The notes under the pieces are model-generated. The model was given only the letters and a program-made list of their open reading frames with translations, did no database searches and was not told the origin of the DNA. This document shows positions 34,834 to 57,400 of a stretch of DNA of 64,000 nucleotides, one piece after another. The DNA lies in assembly GCF_009914755.1 (NCBI RefSeq), contig NC_060929.1; one strand, 5' to 3'. The stretch is from the human T2T-CHM13v2.0 reference genome, Homo sapiens. Position 1 is the first letter of the stretch; the number at the start of each line of letters is the position of its first letter. Both the position numbers and the translations under genes were made by a program.

Positions 34834-36034
34834 CCAGGCGTTGGGGCACACTCTTGTGAGGCCAGCTACTTAGGAGGTTGAAATGGAAGGATCCCTCGAA
34901 AGGATCAAATAAAGACTCCAATTCACAAAGAAGTGAAATTGATGGTTGCTAGTCATGAAGCTAGGTAACAATAATCCCAAATAAACAACCTCGGACCCTG
35001 GTCCCTCAAGTGAAACCACCTCTTTTCTATTTTCTTTTTCTTTTTCTTTTTTTTTTTTTTGAGCTGGAGGTCTCACTCTGTTGCCCCAGCTGATCTGAAA
35101 CTCCTGGGCTCAAGCAATCCTCCCACCTCAGTCTCTCAAGTAGCTGAGACTACAGGAAACCCTCTCCAAGTTGCATTCACTTAATTACCGAAAGCAGCTT
35201 TGAAAAAAGTTTCAGTAAGGCTTTCGGATTGAGGCCCCAAGAGAAAGAAGCAAGGTTGAAGGAATTGACAGGCAGAAAATTACAACAAGCAGAAATCCAA
35301 AGTTATCTCAGAGCTTTGTAATGGTAGGAGTACTTGGGCTGATATGAAGTGAGTTGGAGAGGTGGGTGGGGAGAGGCAGGTAAAGATGAGCAGAGATGGG
35401 TAGAGGAATAGGGCTTTCAAATAAGAAGTTTGTGTTTTTTTGTTGAAAAGACTATCCAGCTCAAGATCCCAGAGATGGAATGTGGCCAGAGGAGATAAGA
35501 AAGAGAAACTACTTTGCATAAATAAGAGCTCAGCAAGTTAACTTTCAAACAAGTGAGTCCAGAGTACACCTGCAGAACGGGCCTGGCCCAAAAACAACCA
35601 CCTTCCCTCCCCTGGGCCTGTTTGGGTGTTCACAGCAGGGCACTGTCAGCCTCTTTGCTCATTCCAAAACCAAGTTTGCATACGTCTAGACCCATCCTAG
35701 AGTTGTCACCTGTGACATTTGCACAGTCAGCTGGAGCCATCTGGAATGTAAAGCCAAAAAATCTGCCTGTCCGCTTCTAATTCAAGAGAGCCTTTAAAGG
35801 ACTCAGAAAAATCAGACCCGGAGACTTTGTTAAAAAGTGATCTCCAGAGACTATTTGCATTTCAACAAAGTGTTCCATTTTTACCTTTTATCTTGCAAGT
35901 TCGAGAGCAGTTTCCATAGTAACTTCTTTGTGGCAATTCAAATATGTTCATGGTAGAAAAATAAATGAGAAAATGCTCCACCCACTCTTCTTCAGGAAAA
36001 CATATATTTTTTACTAAATGAGCTGACACTTTTA

Positions 36035-36364
<330 letters not shown>

Positions 36365-36477
36365 TTATGTTAATGATGTGTGTTGTGAGAAGCAGTGTAG
36401 ACAATGGACACTGACTGCTTATTTCATGCGGTCACCTCCCTAGAGTTCCCTTGGGGGAGTTTAATTCATGGTACATG

Positions 36478-36941
36478 GGTATGGCAGCCATGGAAAAGCA
36501 CCATTCAGACCTACTTTCAAGAGAACCAGTTGCAAGGAGTGTGGTTGACTGACAGCTTCCTGCTGTCTTCCTCTGGGATCATTTATGCCAACGGCATACT
36601 CTCTGTAGGGCTATTCCCAGCAATGACTGAGAAAGGTGTGCTGGAGCCAGGCCATTTCTGCCCAGTGCTGGACTCCTTCACCGGGCAATCATTGACCTGG
36701 GCTTCCCATCGACTTGGCCCAGATTTCCTCAAAGCCTTGCTGCAATCAGATACTCTTCCTACCCAATCTTCCTTCCTTCCTTCTCTTCCTTGACAGGTGT
36801 CAGAACTTCCTTGTGGTCTCAGACCCTTACCACCTGCTCTTGCTCTCGCTTCCCTTTTTCCTTCATAGGCATTTCCCCTAATATATCTTATACTTCTAAT
36901 TCCATCTTGGCTTCTGTTTCCTGTAGTACTCAAACTGACAC
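36478..36941 (+). mobile_element. ERVL-class solo LTR (LTR16-like)
   Basis: 3' end TCCATCTTGGCTTCTGTTTCC..AAACTGACACA is typical of the LTR16/MLT2 group. Confidence 0.5.
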
Positions 36942-36999
36942 AGCAGGTGAACATTTGCACCTTGGTTTCAGTATTTGGACTCACGAGTCTTGTTTTTGA

Positions 37000-37367
<368 letters not shown>

Positions 37368-37917
37368 TAGTGGAGACAGGGTTTCACCATGTTGGCCAGG
37401 CTGGTCTTGAACTCCTGACCTCAGGTGGTCCACCTGCCTCGGCCTCCCAAAGTGCTGGGATTACAGGCGTGAGCCACTGCACCCAGCTGTAACCACATTT
37501 TCTATTAGGCATCCAAGGGAGAAGAGGAACTTTGGTCTTTCATCCACTGACTCTGACATCTCAAAAGATAACTCTGATTGGCCCAGTTTGGACCATATGC
37601 CTATCTTGGGTCCTATCACCTCTAGAGAGGCCTGCCTTACAGAATTTGTAGCCCTAGTAGAACCACATGGAGTGGGGAAAGAAGAAAGACTTCTCTGAAG
37701 GAACTCTGAAGAGAATCATGCCCTGGCAGACAAAAGCAAGAGTTGTTTACAACTGTTAAATGTAAGGTGGGGTCTGGGAATTGTACTTTGAAAAAACATT
37801 CTAAGTGATTTTGCTGGGGTTTGTGATGCCCTGGGCTAGATGGCACAGGTCCTTCTCAGCTCTTGGAATTCCACAAAAGTAGCTGGGTTGGGAAGAACAA
37901 AATAGAGAAGACTATCA

Positions 37918-38253
<336 letters not shown>

Positions 38254-38926
38254 CTATAATAGGGAACAGCATAAAAGAAAAGGAAGCAATGCAGAAGGAA
38301 GGAGTTAAGTGGTCTGAGGCTGCTGTGATGCTGAGGCTGCGGTGGCGCTGCTGGCATTCTGCAGCAGGTAGACTGATGGCGGGGCATGCCTTCCTTCCTG
38401 TTCTGCCGACAGTTGGGCTCTTCTTGGCTGACATTCAGTCCCCTTTCAGGGCTGTCAGTGGGGCTCTCAGGTGGGCCTATTCAGAAAGCTTGATAGGTGC
38501 TCTAAAGGGCTAACATATTTGCATTCCTTCTGTGAGAATGGGCATGCTCCAGCAGGAGGAGAGATAGAGGCAGAAATGCTCTTAGAATCATTTCCCTGCC
38601 TCCTGGGATGCTCTGTCTTCTCTCTCCTGAAACAGGCGAGCCTGGAGTGGATGTACTGTTCCTAGAGTCTAGACCTCTGAAAATGCCACTCACAGGAAAG
38701 TGTCATCAGTGAAGCAACGAGGCCACTTGTGACTGTGGGAATTTATCCTGCATGGTCAAGTCAGAGTCAGGGGTGAGTGGGGTGGATGTCAGAAAGGATG
38801 GGCTGGCTGGTTTTTGAGGCAGGGTCCTTCTGGACAAGGTCAGAAAGCTCCTATGCGTCCAGAGTTCACACTGAAGCTCCAACAGAACCTGAACTCTATC
38901 AGTTCATCAAAAGAATTGTGCTCTAG

Positions 38927-39243
38927 GCCCGGGCGTGGTGGCTCACACATGTAATCCCAGCACTTTGGGAGGCCGAGGCAGGCGGATCACGAGGTCAGGA
39001 GATCGAGACCATCCTGGCTAACACGGTGAAACCCTGTCTCTACTAAAAAATACAAAAGAAATTAGCCGGGCGTGCTGGCGGGCGCGTGTAATCCCGGCTA
39101 CTCCATAAGGCCGAGGCAGGAGAATGGCATGAACCCAGGAGGCGGAGCTTGCAGTGAGCTGAGATCGCGCCACTGCACTCCAGCCTGGGCAACTGGGCAA
39201 CAGAGCAAGACTGTCTCAAAAAAAAAAAAAAAAAAAAAAAAAT
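38927..39243 (+). mobile_element. AluY with 15-bp TSD
   Basis: TSD AGAATTGTGCTCTAG at 38912-38926 and 39244-39258. CpG-rich. Internal CTGGGCAA duplication. Confidence 0.92.
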
Positions 39244-39361
39244 AGAATTGTGCTCTAGACCAGGTGTGGGGATCATACCTGTAAACCCAGCACTTTGAGA
39301 GATTGAGGTGGGTGGATCACTTGAACCCAAGAGTTCAAGACTAACCTGGGCAACATGGCTA

Positions 39362-39622
<261 letters not shown>

Positions 39623-40137
39623 TCACCAGGTCAGGAGATTGAGACCATCCTGGCTAACACAGTGAAACCCCGTCTCTACTAAAAATATAAAAAATTATCC
39701 GGGCATGGTGGCGGGCGCCTGTAGTCCCAGCTACCTCAGGAGGCTGAGGTAGGAGAATGGCGAGAACCTGGGAGGCGGAGGTTGCAGTGAGCTGAGATCA
39801 TGCCACTGCACTCCAGCCTGGGCGACAGAGCGAGACTGCGTCTCAAAAAAAAAAGAAAAAAGAAAAAACAATATTTAAAAAATACATAAGTAAGAAAATA
39901 ACTGTGCTGTAGAGAAAGAGCTTACTAAAATGGCGCTCAAAAGAGATGGATGCACAGACCACTGCTCTTTAGTAAACAGAATGTGTGTGGGTAAAGACTT
40001 GGGTGGGGTGGGGAGGTCAGTCAGCATAGCCATACTCTGTTGGTGGGAAAGAGTCAATATTTAACATTTATTGAGCACTTGCAATGTTCATGGGGGTTAA
40101 AGAGATAACTAACACTTGTTACCCAAGGAACTTATAG

Positions 40138-41047
<910 letters not shown>

Positions 41048-41880
41048 TAGTCTAATATGGAAGATAGACGTATAAGCCAACCCAACCACAGTAAGATATT
41101 TAAGGAGGCAGTGCAGTGTGTGGGGAGGAGTTCAGAACACTAGCTTTGGTGTCAGCAGGACTTTGATACAAACCCAGGCTCTACCACAGAGCTGTGTGAC
41201 CTTGGCCAAATAACTTAACCTTTCAGGTCTCAGCTCCCTCACTGGAAAAATGGGGCTAATAAGAGTCCCCGTCTCATTGGATTGTCGTGAGGAGTGAATG
41301 AGATGACATAAATTTCTAGCATAGCACCTGGAGTGTAACAGAGACTAAGAAAGATCCATTACTGCTAAACTGTTTGTATCCGGAGATCTCAGCAATGTGG
41401 GAGAGAGTGTTACAGCAGGTTCATTAAGTATTTCAATAAATATATATGTTTGGGCACTTGCCCATTGCGAAGAATTGTTCTGTGAAAAACAGACATAATT
41501 CCTGTTCTCATGGAGTTTACAGTCTAATAGAGGAGATGGATATCAAACAAATAATGCCATGATAAATCTATCATCGCAAACCATGATGAATGCTGTGGAA
41601 GAAAAGAACAAGGTGCTATGAGAGATTATAACAGTGATATTTTATCTAGATTGGGGAGGGGCGTGGCCCAGGAAAGGCCTATCTGAGAAAGTGACATTTA
41701 AGATGAGAGTGTAAGGATAATTTTGAGTTGATGAGGTAAAGAATGTTCCAGATAGACAGACCAGCCTGCACCAAGGCCTTGGGGAGGATGTAGCTCGGTG
41801 TGTTCTGGTACCTGAAAGAAGGCCCCTGAGGTGGGGTTGGGGAGATGGGCAGAGATGAGCCTGGGAGGTGAGCGTGGACC

Positions 41881-42322
41881 TGCTAGTTATTTGTCTGTGC
41901 AATCCATTCTCTATCCTCTGTCCTGCCCTCTGCCCTTCTGACCTCTAAGAGCTCCATGACCTGCATTCTCATGGCTTCTGGCTTCCAGAGGGTTCTGCCA
42001 ATTTTGTGAGGGGATGCAAAGATGGAAGAAAGAGAAGTCATGGTACTTCTTCCCCTGCACACCTGCTTTGTCACATGCTTCTGGCATTGGGCCCTCTGTG
42101 GCCACTGCTGGTGTCAGGCAGCTCCCCTTCTGAGTTTCCTTCCCTTGTCTCTTCAGGCTTTGGGTGGCAATGTCTTCACCGTGATGTGAACCCCTGGATG
42201 CTTGCCCAAATGCTGTTGGCTTCCTCACCCTGCTGGCACTGCAGTAAACTGTCTCCTCACTACGGGGTCTTTGGCTACACTCCTGAGAATGCCAGTGTTT
42301 CCTGCTGGGACGCTGACTAACA
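41881..42322 (+). mobile_element. LTR33-like ERVL solo LTR
   Basis: TCTGGCTTCC..GCCAAT and terminal TTTCCTGCTGGGACGCTGACTAACA. Confidence 0.5.
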
Positions 42323-43291
42323 TAAGGGGTCACAACATGGAAGGAATTGTATGTCAAGTTAAGGACACAGCCTTCTTAGATTATTTTAGGTGCAACAGGA
42401 AGCTACAGACATGCTATAGTCACTTCCATGTCCCTTTATCTTCTCCCAGCTGTAGCCCCATTTCTCTGCTCCCTGTAACAGAAGGCTGTCCTCTTCACAA
42501 AAAGGCTCCTCTTCATTAATTCCTAAGCTACAGTTGACCACTTCTTCCTTCTCAAAATTCCTCTCTTAGCTTTCATGGCCCCAGAATCTTCTGGTTCTTC
42601 TTGTATTTCAGGCTCCTTGGAAAACTTTCATTTTTTCTCTCCCAGCTTCTAGATATTGGCAGGGTGGGGTCTCTAGGGCTTACTTTTCTCCTTTGCTGCC
42701 AATGTCAACCACAGTCATCTCTCTAGATAACTGAACTATTGCAAATACCTGTATTTGTCTCTCCAAAAATCTTTTTTTTTTTTTTTGAGACAGAGTCTCA
42801 CTCTGTTGCCCGGGTGGGGGTGCAGCCATACAATTGGCTCACTGCAACCTCTGCCTCCTGGGTTCAAGCGATTCTCCTGTCTCAGCCTCGCAAGTAGCTG
42901 GGATTACAGGCACCCACCACCATGCCTGGCTAATTTTTGTATTTTTAGTAGAAATATGGTTTCGCCATGTTGGCCAGGCCAGTCTCAAACTCCTGACCTC
43001 GAGTGATCCGCCCACCTCAGCCTCCCAAAGTGCTGGGATTACAGGCGTGAGCCACCACATCTGGACTCCAAAAGCCTTTTGAATCACAAATTCGACCACA
43101 TTACTATCTGCACAAAATACTTCCATGGCTCCCCATGGCACTTGGAATCCAAACTTGATCTACCAGGTGTCTATACCTGATACTGTGACCGCTTGTGGAT
43201 TGGGACTAAGGCCAGTTCCCAGAAAAAGGGGTGATGGTGGCCATAGGCTCAGCAGTTACCACTAAAATTGGTCATTGACACTGTGGCAGTA

Positions 43292-45436
<2,145 letters not shown>

Positions 45437-46109
45437 TACATTCTTCTTTTACATCATATTTATATTCTAGCCAATCCTTCCTGAGAATCAGTCTTCAGGG
45501 TATTGATTGAATTTTTGTAGCACTTTAGACTTTCTGTTTAGATTTGGAAGTCACCAAGGTTTGGTTCACAATTCGTTTACAAGCCCTCCCTGCAGTGAGG
45601 TTACTTCTTGATATTCTCATTCTTTGCTGTGTTAATTTGACTAATTTCAGAACATACTCTTTTCTTCTTTTTAATGCTACGTATCTATTCTGGTGACACC
45701 CTGTTATTAGAGAATACAAGTGTCATGACTTTTGTTTTGCTTTGTTTGGAAGTGGTGTCTGCCCATGGAAACTGATTTTCCTGTGTGCTGGCAGTTCTCC
45801 AGGAGGATCACTTGCGTCTTATGGCCTCTGGTGGGTGGTATTCAAACCTAGTTCCTCTTGGGAAGGTTTATGAGAATTTCCCTGTTTTTGATGATTCATC
45901 CTGAAAAGTGGTGGGTCACTGATTGAAATCCAACATCTGACAGATTCAAACACCTATGGGGAGGGGAGGGAGTGGAAAGTAAGATAGCAAGTAGTAGTAG
46001 TATCATTTTTAATACAGATTTATTCTGTTTCTTCAAATTTTTTCTTTGAAATGTTTTTATTAGTTTTTTTAATTACAAAAGTAAAATATGGTCATATGTC
46101 CTCATCTAT

Positions 46110-46940
<831 letters not shown>

Positions 46941-47113
46941 GCAAAAAAAAAAAAAAAAAAAAATTACCACGTTTGCCTGAGGTAGACGGAGCAGTGAGAA
47001 CAAGAGAATTAAAAGTAGGCTGGGCACGGTGGCTCTTGCCTGTAATCCCAGCACTTGGGGAGGCCTAGGTGGGCAGATCACCTGAGCTCAGGAGTTCAAG
47101 GCCAGCCTAGTCA

Positions 47114-47293
<180 letters not shown>

Positions 47294-47844
47294 TCATCTC
47301 AAAAAAAAAAAAAAAGTAAAAGTAGAGCCAGGTATAGTGGCATGAGCCCATAGTCTTAGCTACTTGGGAGGCTGAGGCAGGAGGATTTCTTGAGCCTGGG
47401 AATTTGAGACCAGCCTGAACAACACAGTGGAATCCTGTCTCAAAAATAAACAAATAAATAAAAGTAATATACATTCATTTTAACAAGCAAAACAATCCAC
47501 CTGTATAAAGAAAAATTTAATATGGTAATTTTGTTAAAATCTCAGTATTTTTTTTCACACTCCATCCATGCTCAGACAGATACAAACAATAATACATGCA
47601 CATATGTAAATTTTGTTTTGGGATCATGCTAAAGTGCTTGCTTTAAAAAATACTCAATAGTTTATCATGGATATGCCTCCAGTTCAATAAATATAGATGT
47701 AACTCATTCTTTTTCTCATGTCTCAATAATGGTGTAATACCTTAATATGAATGTACCATAATTTATTGAACCATTCTCCTATTGATGGATAGTCAGATCA
47801 TGTATTCATTTATTTATTTATTTTTATTTTTATTTCTTTTTTGA

Positions 47845-48123
<279 letters not shown>

Positions 48124-50823
48124 TAGATCATGTATTTATTTACCAAAAATTAAAAAAAATAGAGATGGAGTCTTGCTATGTTGGTCTTGAATTTCTGGGC
48201 TCAAGTTATCTGCCCACCTAGGCCTCCCAAAGTGCTGGGATTACAGGTATGAGTCCCCTTGCCTGGCCAAGTCAGATTATTTCTATTTTTGGCTTTGCTA
48301 TGGTAAATAATGTTGCAATAAAATAAATATTTCTTGGCAGGTCACAATGGCTCACGCCTGTAATCCCAGCACTTTGGGAGGACGAGATGGGTGGATTGCC
48401 TGAGGTCAGGAGTTCGAGACCAGCCTGGGCAACATGGTGAAACCCCGTCTCTACTAAAAATACAAAAATTATCCGAGCATGGTGCCACATGCCTGTAATC
48501 CCAGCTACCTCGGGACACTGAGGAAGGAGAATTGCTTGAACCTGGGAGGTGGAGGTTGCAGTGTGCTGAGATCACGCCACCGCACTCCAGCCTGGGCGAC
48601 AGAATGAGACTCCGTCTCAAAACCAAAAAGGGATGTTTCTACATTTATCTTTACATATGGTTTTTAGAATAGATTCTCAAAAATGGGTATAGGGGAAGAT
48701 TTGTGTTTATTTAATTGGATATTGGCAGACTGTATACCAAAGAAGTTATAGGGCGGTTCTCACTCTCACCAAGCAACACATTGAAGAGCCTGTTTTGTCA
48801 CATCCTCACAAGCACTGGATGCCATTGCTCTTTGGAATGCTTGCCAACTGGATTGATAAAAATAAGTTGCTTTGATTTCAAAGTGTTTATAGTTGAGGCA
48901 AACCTGTGTTTTTATACCTTTTGTAGAAACGCCTTTTAACATCTCTCCTGTTTTTCTGTTCTATTTCTTCTTGGTCAGTACGGCTCAGACCTGTCAAAAC
49001 TGCTCTTTTAGGTGTATTGGGAGATGGAAGGCAGGCATCCAGGGAAGGAGTCATTCCCATCGCTTGTTTTTCTTCTGCTTCAAATACTCTGTCTAACAGA
49101 AAGAATGGAATGAATGATACACCCAGAGATCCGAAAGCAGTTGCAGACCCTAGTTCAGTGGCCCATGGCAGAGACACCAAAAAGAAAAGAGTGATTTACA
49201 TCAGAAACGGGTTCCTCCAGTAAGATTGCCACCACCTTGCTCATTCTAGCACTGTGTTTCCATCCGCCTCCTTGATGTAGATGTAAACTGGCTCAGACAG
49301 AGTGAGTCAGAAAGGTCTTCCCTAGCTACTCTGCCTGAGGTTGGTTTTCTCTGTCATTCCCTGTCACAGTAGCCTATGTATTTTCATCCCGGTACCAACA
49401 AATGTCTGTGATTATTTAATGAATTTATTAATTTGCTTATATTAGGGAGGGCCACAGCAGAAAACAGAACTCAAAAGGGTTTTGTTGAACAGAATGATGG
49501 GAAAGAACTATTTACGGAGGCAAGGTTAGGGTTAAGGGTGTTATCAAGGGTGTGGAGGCACTTGTGACCCCATTACTTCCTGTTTCAGTTATCTATTGTT
49601 GTGAAAGAGACCACCCCAAAACCTAATGACTTTGAAAAACAAATACCTGGCTGGGCCTTATGCAACCTTCAACTCCCAGGGTTAGGCGATCCTCCCACCT
49701 CAGCCTCCTGAGGAACTGGGACTACAGGCATGCACCACCATGCCCGGCTAATTTTTTGTATTTTTTGTAGAGACTGGGTTTTGCCATGTTGCCTAGGCTG
49801 GTTTGAACCCCTGGACTCAAACGACCCACCTGCCTCAGCCTCCCAAAGTGCTGGGATTACAGGCATGAGCCACCGTGCCCAGCCTACTATAGTTTTTATC
49901 TGTCTTTCATATAAGAATATAAGCTCCTTGAAGGCAAAGCCATGGCCATCATGATTACAGCTGATTCCCTAGTGTCTAGCAAATGTCCAACACTTCCCAA
50001 GTGCTCAGTAAAATAGTAAAATATGCAGAATTAAGTTCACTTATCTGTGAATGAATCATAAACTCGACCTTTCTTCTTTCTAATGCTACAGAGGAAATGC
50101 CTGAGACTGAAGTAGGAAGATTAGTGAGGAAAAGAGTCGGTTGGTCCTGAAGCCGGATTTCAGCCACAGTGTCACTTTGGGGCTAGTCATTGTATAAAGT
50201 ATAAATGCATACTCACTAGAGATTGGCATGGATGATATTAGAATGCTTCTAGAGTTTCAAGAACCAATCTGGTCTCCCTGATGATTTGCTGAGCATTGTT
50301 ATTTCCTTACTTGGGTCCTTGATGATGAGCTTAGGTGCCCTGAATTAGTGATTTGCTTTCCTTAATGTAGCACCTGTGAGAAGCCAGAAGTTAATTTTAT
50401 AAAAATTGAGATATAATTCACATATGATAAAATTCACTCTTGTGACAATTCAGTGATTTTTTTAGCATGTTCACAAGGTATGAAACCATTTCATTATCTA
50501 ATTCCAGAACAGATGCACAGAACCACACCCAGCAAATGTTGCCTAGGCTGGTCTTGAACTCCTGACCTCAAGCAATCCTCATGACCGTCCCTTCAAAACC
50601 AGCATCCATCAGCAGTTACCTCCCTTCCCTGTTTCCCCCCAACACCTAGCAACCATTAGTATACTTTCTATGTCTATAGATTTGCCTATTCTGGACAGTT
50701 TACATAAATGGAATTATACAATATGTGGTATTTTGTGTCTGGCTTCTTTCACTAAAAGTGATGTTTTCAAGATTCATCCATGCTGTAGCATATATCAGTG
50801 CTTCATTTCTCTTTTATGTATGA

Positions 50824-51519
<696 letters not shown>

Positions 51520-52356
51520 TAAAAAATTTTTTTTACAGACAGGGCCTAGCTCTGTTACCCAAGCTGGAGTGCAGTGGGGCAATAATAGCTCATTTGCAGC
51601 TTCAAAATCCTGGACTCAAGCGATCCTCCCACCTCAACTTCTCAGTACTCCTAGGACTAAAGGCCCACACCAGCACCACAACTGGCTAATTAAAAAAATT
51701 TTGTTTTAGAAACAAGGTCTCTAAAAAATATTCTGGCTATGTTGCCTAAGCTGGTCTTGAACTCCTGACCTCAAGCAATCTTTTTGCTTCAGCCTCCAAA
51801 GTGCTGGGATTATAGGCACGAGCCACCATGCCCAGCCCATGCAGCCATTGATATACTTTTGGGTTCTACTTTTTGGCTACTATGAATAATGCTGCTCTGA
51901 ACACTTGTATACAAATTTTTCTGCAGAAATGTTTTCAATCCTCTTGAGTATATACCTATAAATGGAACTGATAGGTCACATGGTAACTCTGTGTTTTTGC
52001 TTGTTTGTTTTTTAGAGACAAGCGCTTGCTATGTTGTCCAGGCTGGCCTCAAACTCCTGCATTCAAGCAATCCTCCTACCTCAGCCTCTGGAGTCTATAT
52101 TTAAGTTTCTGAGTAGCTGCCAGACTGATTTACAAAGCGGCATTACCATTTTACATTCTTCCCAGCAATGTATGAGGGTTTTAATTTCTCCACATCCTGG
52201 TTACAATGTATTATCTACTGTTGCATCATGAGGTTTAAAAAAAAAAAAGAAAAAGAGAAAAGAGAACTTACTATCATCTGTCTTTTTTATTGTTAGGTAT
52301 GAAGTAGTATCTCATTTTTTTTTGATTTATGTTTCCCTGTTGGTTAGTGATGTTGA

Positions 52357-52554
<198 letters not shown>

Positions 52555-53027
52555 TAGAGACAGGGTTTCTCCATGTTGGTCAGGTTGGTCTTGAACCCCC
52601 AACCTCAGGTGATCCACCCGTCTCTGCCTCCCAAAGTACAGTGATTATAGGTGTGAGCCATTGCACCCTCTGCCTTATTTATTTATGAGACAGAGTCCTG
52701 CTCTTTTGCCCAGGCTGGAGTGCGGTGATGAGATATTGGCTTGCTGCAACCTCCGCCTCCCGAGTTCAAGCAATTCTTCTGCCTCAGCTTCCCAAGTAGC
52801 TGGAACTACAGATGCACACCACCACACCCAGCAAATTTTTGTATTTTTAGTAAAGATGGCATTTCACTATGTTGGTCAGGCTGGTCTCGAACTCCTGAGC
52901 TCAAGTAATCTGCCTGCCTTGGCCTCCCAAAGTGCTAGGATTACAGGCATGAGCCACAGCGCCTGGCCCCATCTCTATTTAAATGAATGAATGAATGAAT
53001 GAATGAATGAATAAAACTATTGCCTAA

Positions 53028-54618
<1,591 letters not shown>

Positions 54619-54621
54619 TTT

Positions 54622-54639
54622 TGGCAACCAGATGGGACT
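54622..54639 (+). other. Primer-binding site, tRNA-Arg type
   Basis: TGGCAACCAGATGGGACT, 3 nt after the LTR, is near-complementary to the 3' end of a tRNA-Arg(CCG) as I recall it (AGTCCCATCTGGGTCGCCA). Confidence 0.8.
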
Positions 54640-55941
54640 ATCGCCAAGCGGTGAGACCATTGCCTATGGCTGAGCAGTGAGACTGTCACCTATCGCCAAG
54701 CAGTGAGTACCATCGGACCCCTTTCACTTGCTATTCTGTCCTACTTTTCCTTAGAATTCGGGGGCTAAATGCTGGGCACCTGTCGGCCAGTTAAAAGCGA
54801 CTAGTTTAGCCGCTGGACTAAAGACATGGGTGTCAGGCTTCCTGGGAAAGGGCTTTCTCTAAAAACCCCCGACTCTTTGGCATTGGGAGTGTTGGTTTGC
54901 CTGGAACCAGCTTCTGCTTTTCCTGTACTTCAGGGCTGAGCTGAGGGTTGACAGAGAGGAAAGCCATTCAGCTCTGGGGTCCTGACAACAAGTTGGTTGA
55001 GCCTGTGGCCATGAGTGGAACTCTCAAAGGCATGTTGCCCAAGCGAGACTTGCCCATCTATCCTACCTATCCTGATCCTTGCCCTCTGTGTCCTAATGCC
55101 TGCCAGACAAACTTCCTCTCGCCTCTCTTCTCCGAGGCTAGTCCTGCTTCTAAAAATCGCTCCCTGTCTCTGGTGCTTTTCTAGTTTCTTCTATAAGAAT
55201 GATTTCTAGTATAAACTCCAGGACTCTGTTACCTTCTTTAGACACCCGGGCTCACCAATCAGAAAGACAAAATTTTTGGCCAAAGACTCGTTGGGGGTAC
55301 TATCTGGAATTTTAGGATCCCTCCTCAGACAAGTAGGCCTAACAAAAGCTATTCCTGAAGCTAGGATATGGGGAGCCTCAGAAATTGTATCCTTCCTCAC
55401 TATTCATATAAGTGAGGACAAAAGGCATCACTCTTCCAACTCTGGGTTGGCATCACTCTTCCAACTCTTCCCTCCCTCAGGGCATGGCCCTCCACTTCAT
55501 TTTCTGGGCATAACATCTTTATAGGACATGGGTAAGGTCCCAATACTAACAGTAGAATGCTTAGGACTCTAACAGGTTTTCGAGACTGCATCAGTAAGGT
55601 TAGCCACTAAATCCGATTTTTCTTTGTCCTCTTTGTGGTCTAGGAGGACAGGCAAGGGTGCAGGTTTTCAAGAATGCATCAGTAAGGGCCACTAAATCCG
55701 ACCTTCCTCGGTTCTCCTTGTGGTCTGGGAGGAAGACTAGTGTTTCTGCTGCTGCGTTGGTGAGAGCAATTATTCCAATCAGCAGGGTCCAGGGACCGTT
55801 GCAGGTTCTTGGGCAGGGGTTGTTTCTGCTGCTGTCAGTGAGCACAACTATTCTGATCAGCAGGGGCCAGGGACCATTGCAGGTTCTTGGGCAGGGGGAG
55901 AAAAAAACAAATCAAAACCGCAGGCAGTTTTTGTCTTTCAG

Positions 55942-57400
55942 ATGGGAAACACTCAGGCATCAACAGGCTCACCCTTGAAATGCATCCTAAGCCATTGGGA
56001 CCAATTTGACCTGCAAACCCTGAAAAAGAGGCAGCTCATTTTTTTCTGCACTACGGCTTGGCCTCAATATTCTCTCTGATGGGGAAAAATGGCCACCTGA
56101 GGGAAGTACAAATTACAATACTATCCTGCAGTTTGACCTTTTCTGTAAGAGGAAAGGCAAATGGAGTCAAATACCTTATGTCCAAGCCTCCTTTTCATTG
56201 AGGGAGAATACACAACTACGCAAAGCTTGCAATTTACATCCCACAGGAGGACCTCTCAGCTTACCCCCATATCCTAGCCTTCCTATAGCTCCCCTTCCTA
56301 TTAATGATAATCCTCCTCTAATCTCTCCTGCCCAGAAAGAAATAAGCAAAGAAATCTCCAAAGGACCACAAGAATCCTCAGGCTATTTGTTATGTCCCCT
56401 TCAAGCTGTCGGGGGAGGGGAATTTGGCCCAACCCGGGTACATGTCCCCTTCTCCCTCTCTGATTTAAAGAAGATCAAGGCAGACCTGGGGAAGTTTTCA
56501 GATGATCCTGATAGGTACATAGATGTCCTACAGGGTCTAGGGCAAACCTTCGACCTTGCTTGGAGAGATGTCATGCTACTGTTAGATCAAACCCTGGCCT
56601 TTAATGAAAAGAATGCGGCTTTAGCTGTAGCCCAAGAGTTTGGAGATACCTGGTATCTTAGTTAAGTAAATGATAGAATGACAGCTGAAGAAAGGGATAA
56701 ATTCCCTACCGGTCAGCAAGCCATCCCCAGTATGGATCCCCACTGAGACCTTGATGCAGACCACGGGGACTGGAGTTGTAAACATCTGTTGACCTGTGTT
56801 CTAGAAGGACTAAGGAGAATTAGGAAAAAGCCCATGAATTATTCAATGATGTCCACCATAACTCAGGGAAAGGAAGAAAATCCTTCTGCCTTCCTTGAGT
56901 GGCTATGAGAGGTCTTAAGGAAATATACTCCCGAGTCACCTGAATCACTCGAGGGTCAATTGATTCTAAAAGATAAGTTTATTACCCAATCAGTCACAGA
57001 TATCAGGAGAAAGCTCCAAAAGCAAGCCCTGGGCCCTGAACAAAATTTGGAGGCATTATTAAACCTGGCAACCCCGGTATTCTATAATAGGGACCAAGAG
57101 GAACAGGCCCAAAAGGAAAAGCAAGATCAGAGAAAGGCCACAGCCTTAGTCATGGCCCTCAGATAATCAAACCTTGGTGGTTCACAGAGGACAGAAAATG
57201 GAGCAGGCCAATCACCCTGTAGGGCTTGTTACCAGTGTGGTTTGCAAGGACACTTAAAAAAAGATTGTCCAATGAGAAACAAGCCGCCCCCTCATCCATG
57301 TCCACTATGCCAAGGCAATCACTGGAAGGTACACTGCCCCAGAGGACAAAGGTTCTCTGGGTCAGAAGCCCCCAACCAGATGATCCAACAACAGGATTGA
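55942..57400 (+). pseudogene. ERV9 gag, disrupted
   Basis: Starts MGNTQASTGSPLKCIL. Capsid segment in ORF 56198-56665. Zinc knuckle CYQCGLQGHLKKDC at 57227-57268 and second CPLCQGNHWKVHC. Internal stops and frameshifts. TGA at 57398-57400. Confidence 0.92.

Noticed and set aside
36404-36999. 129/133-aa overlapping ORFs
   Set aside because: They lie within an old ERVL-type LTR with no protein similarity recognised.
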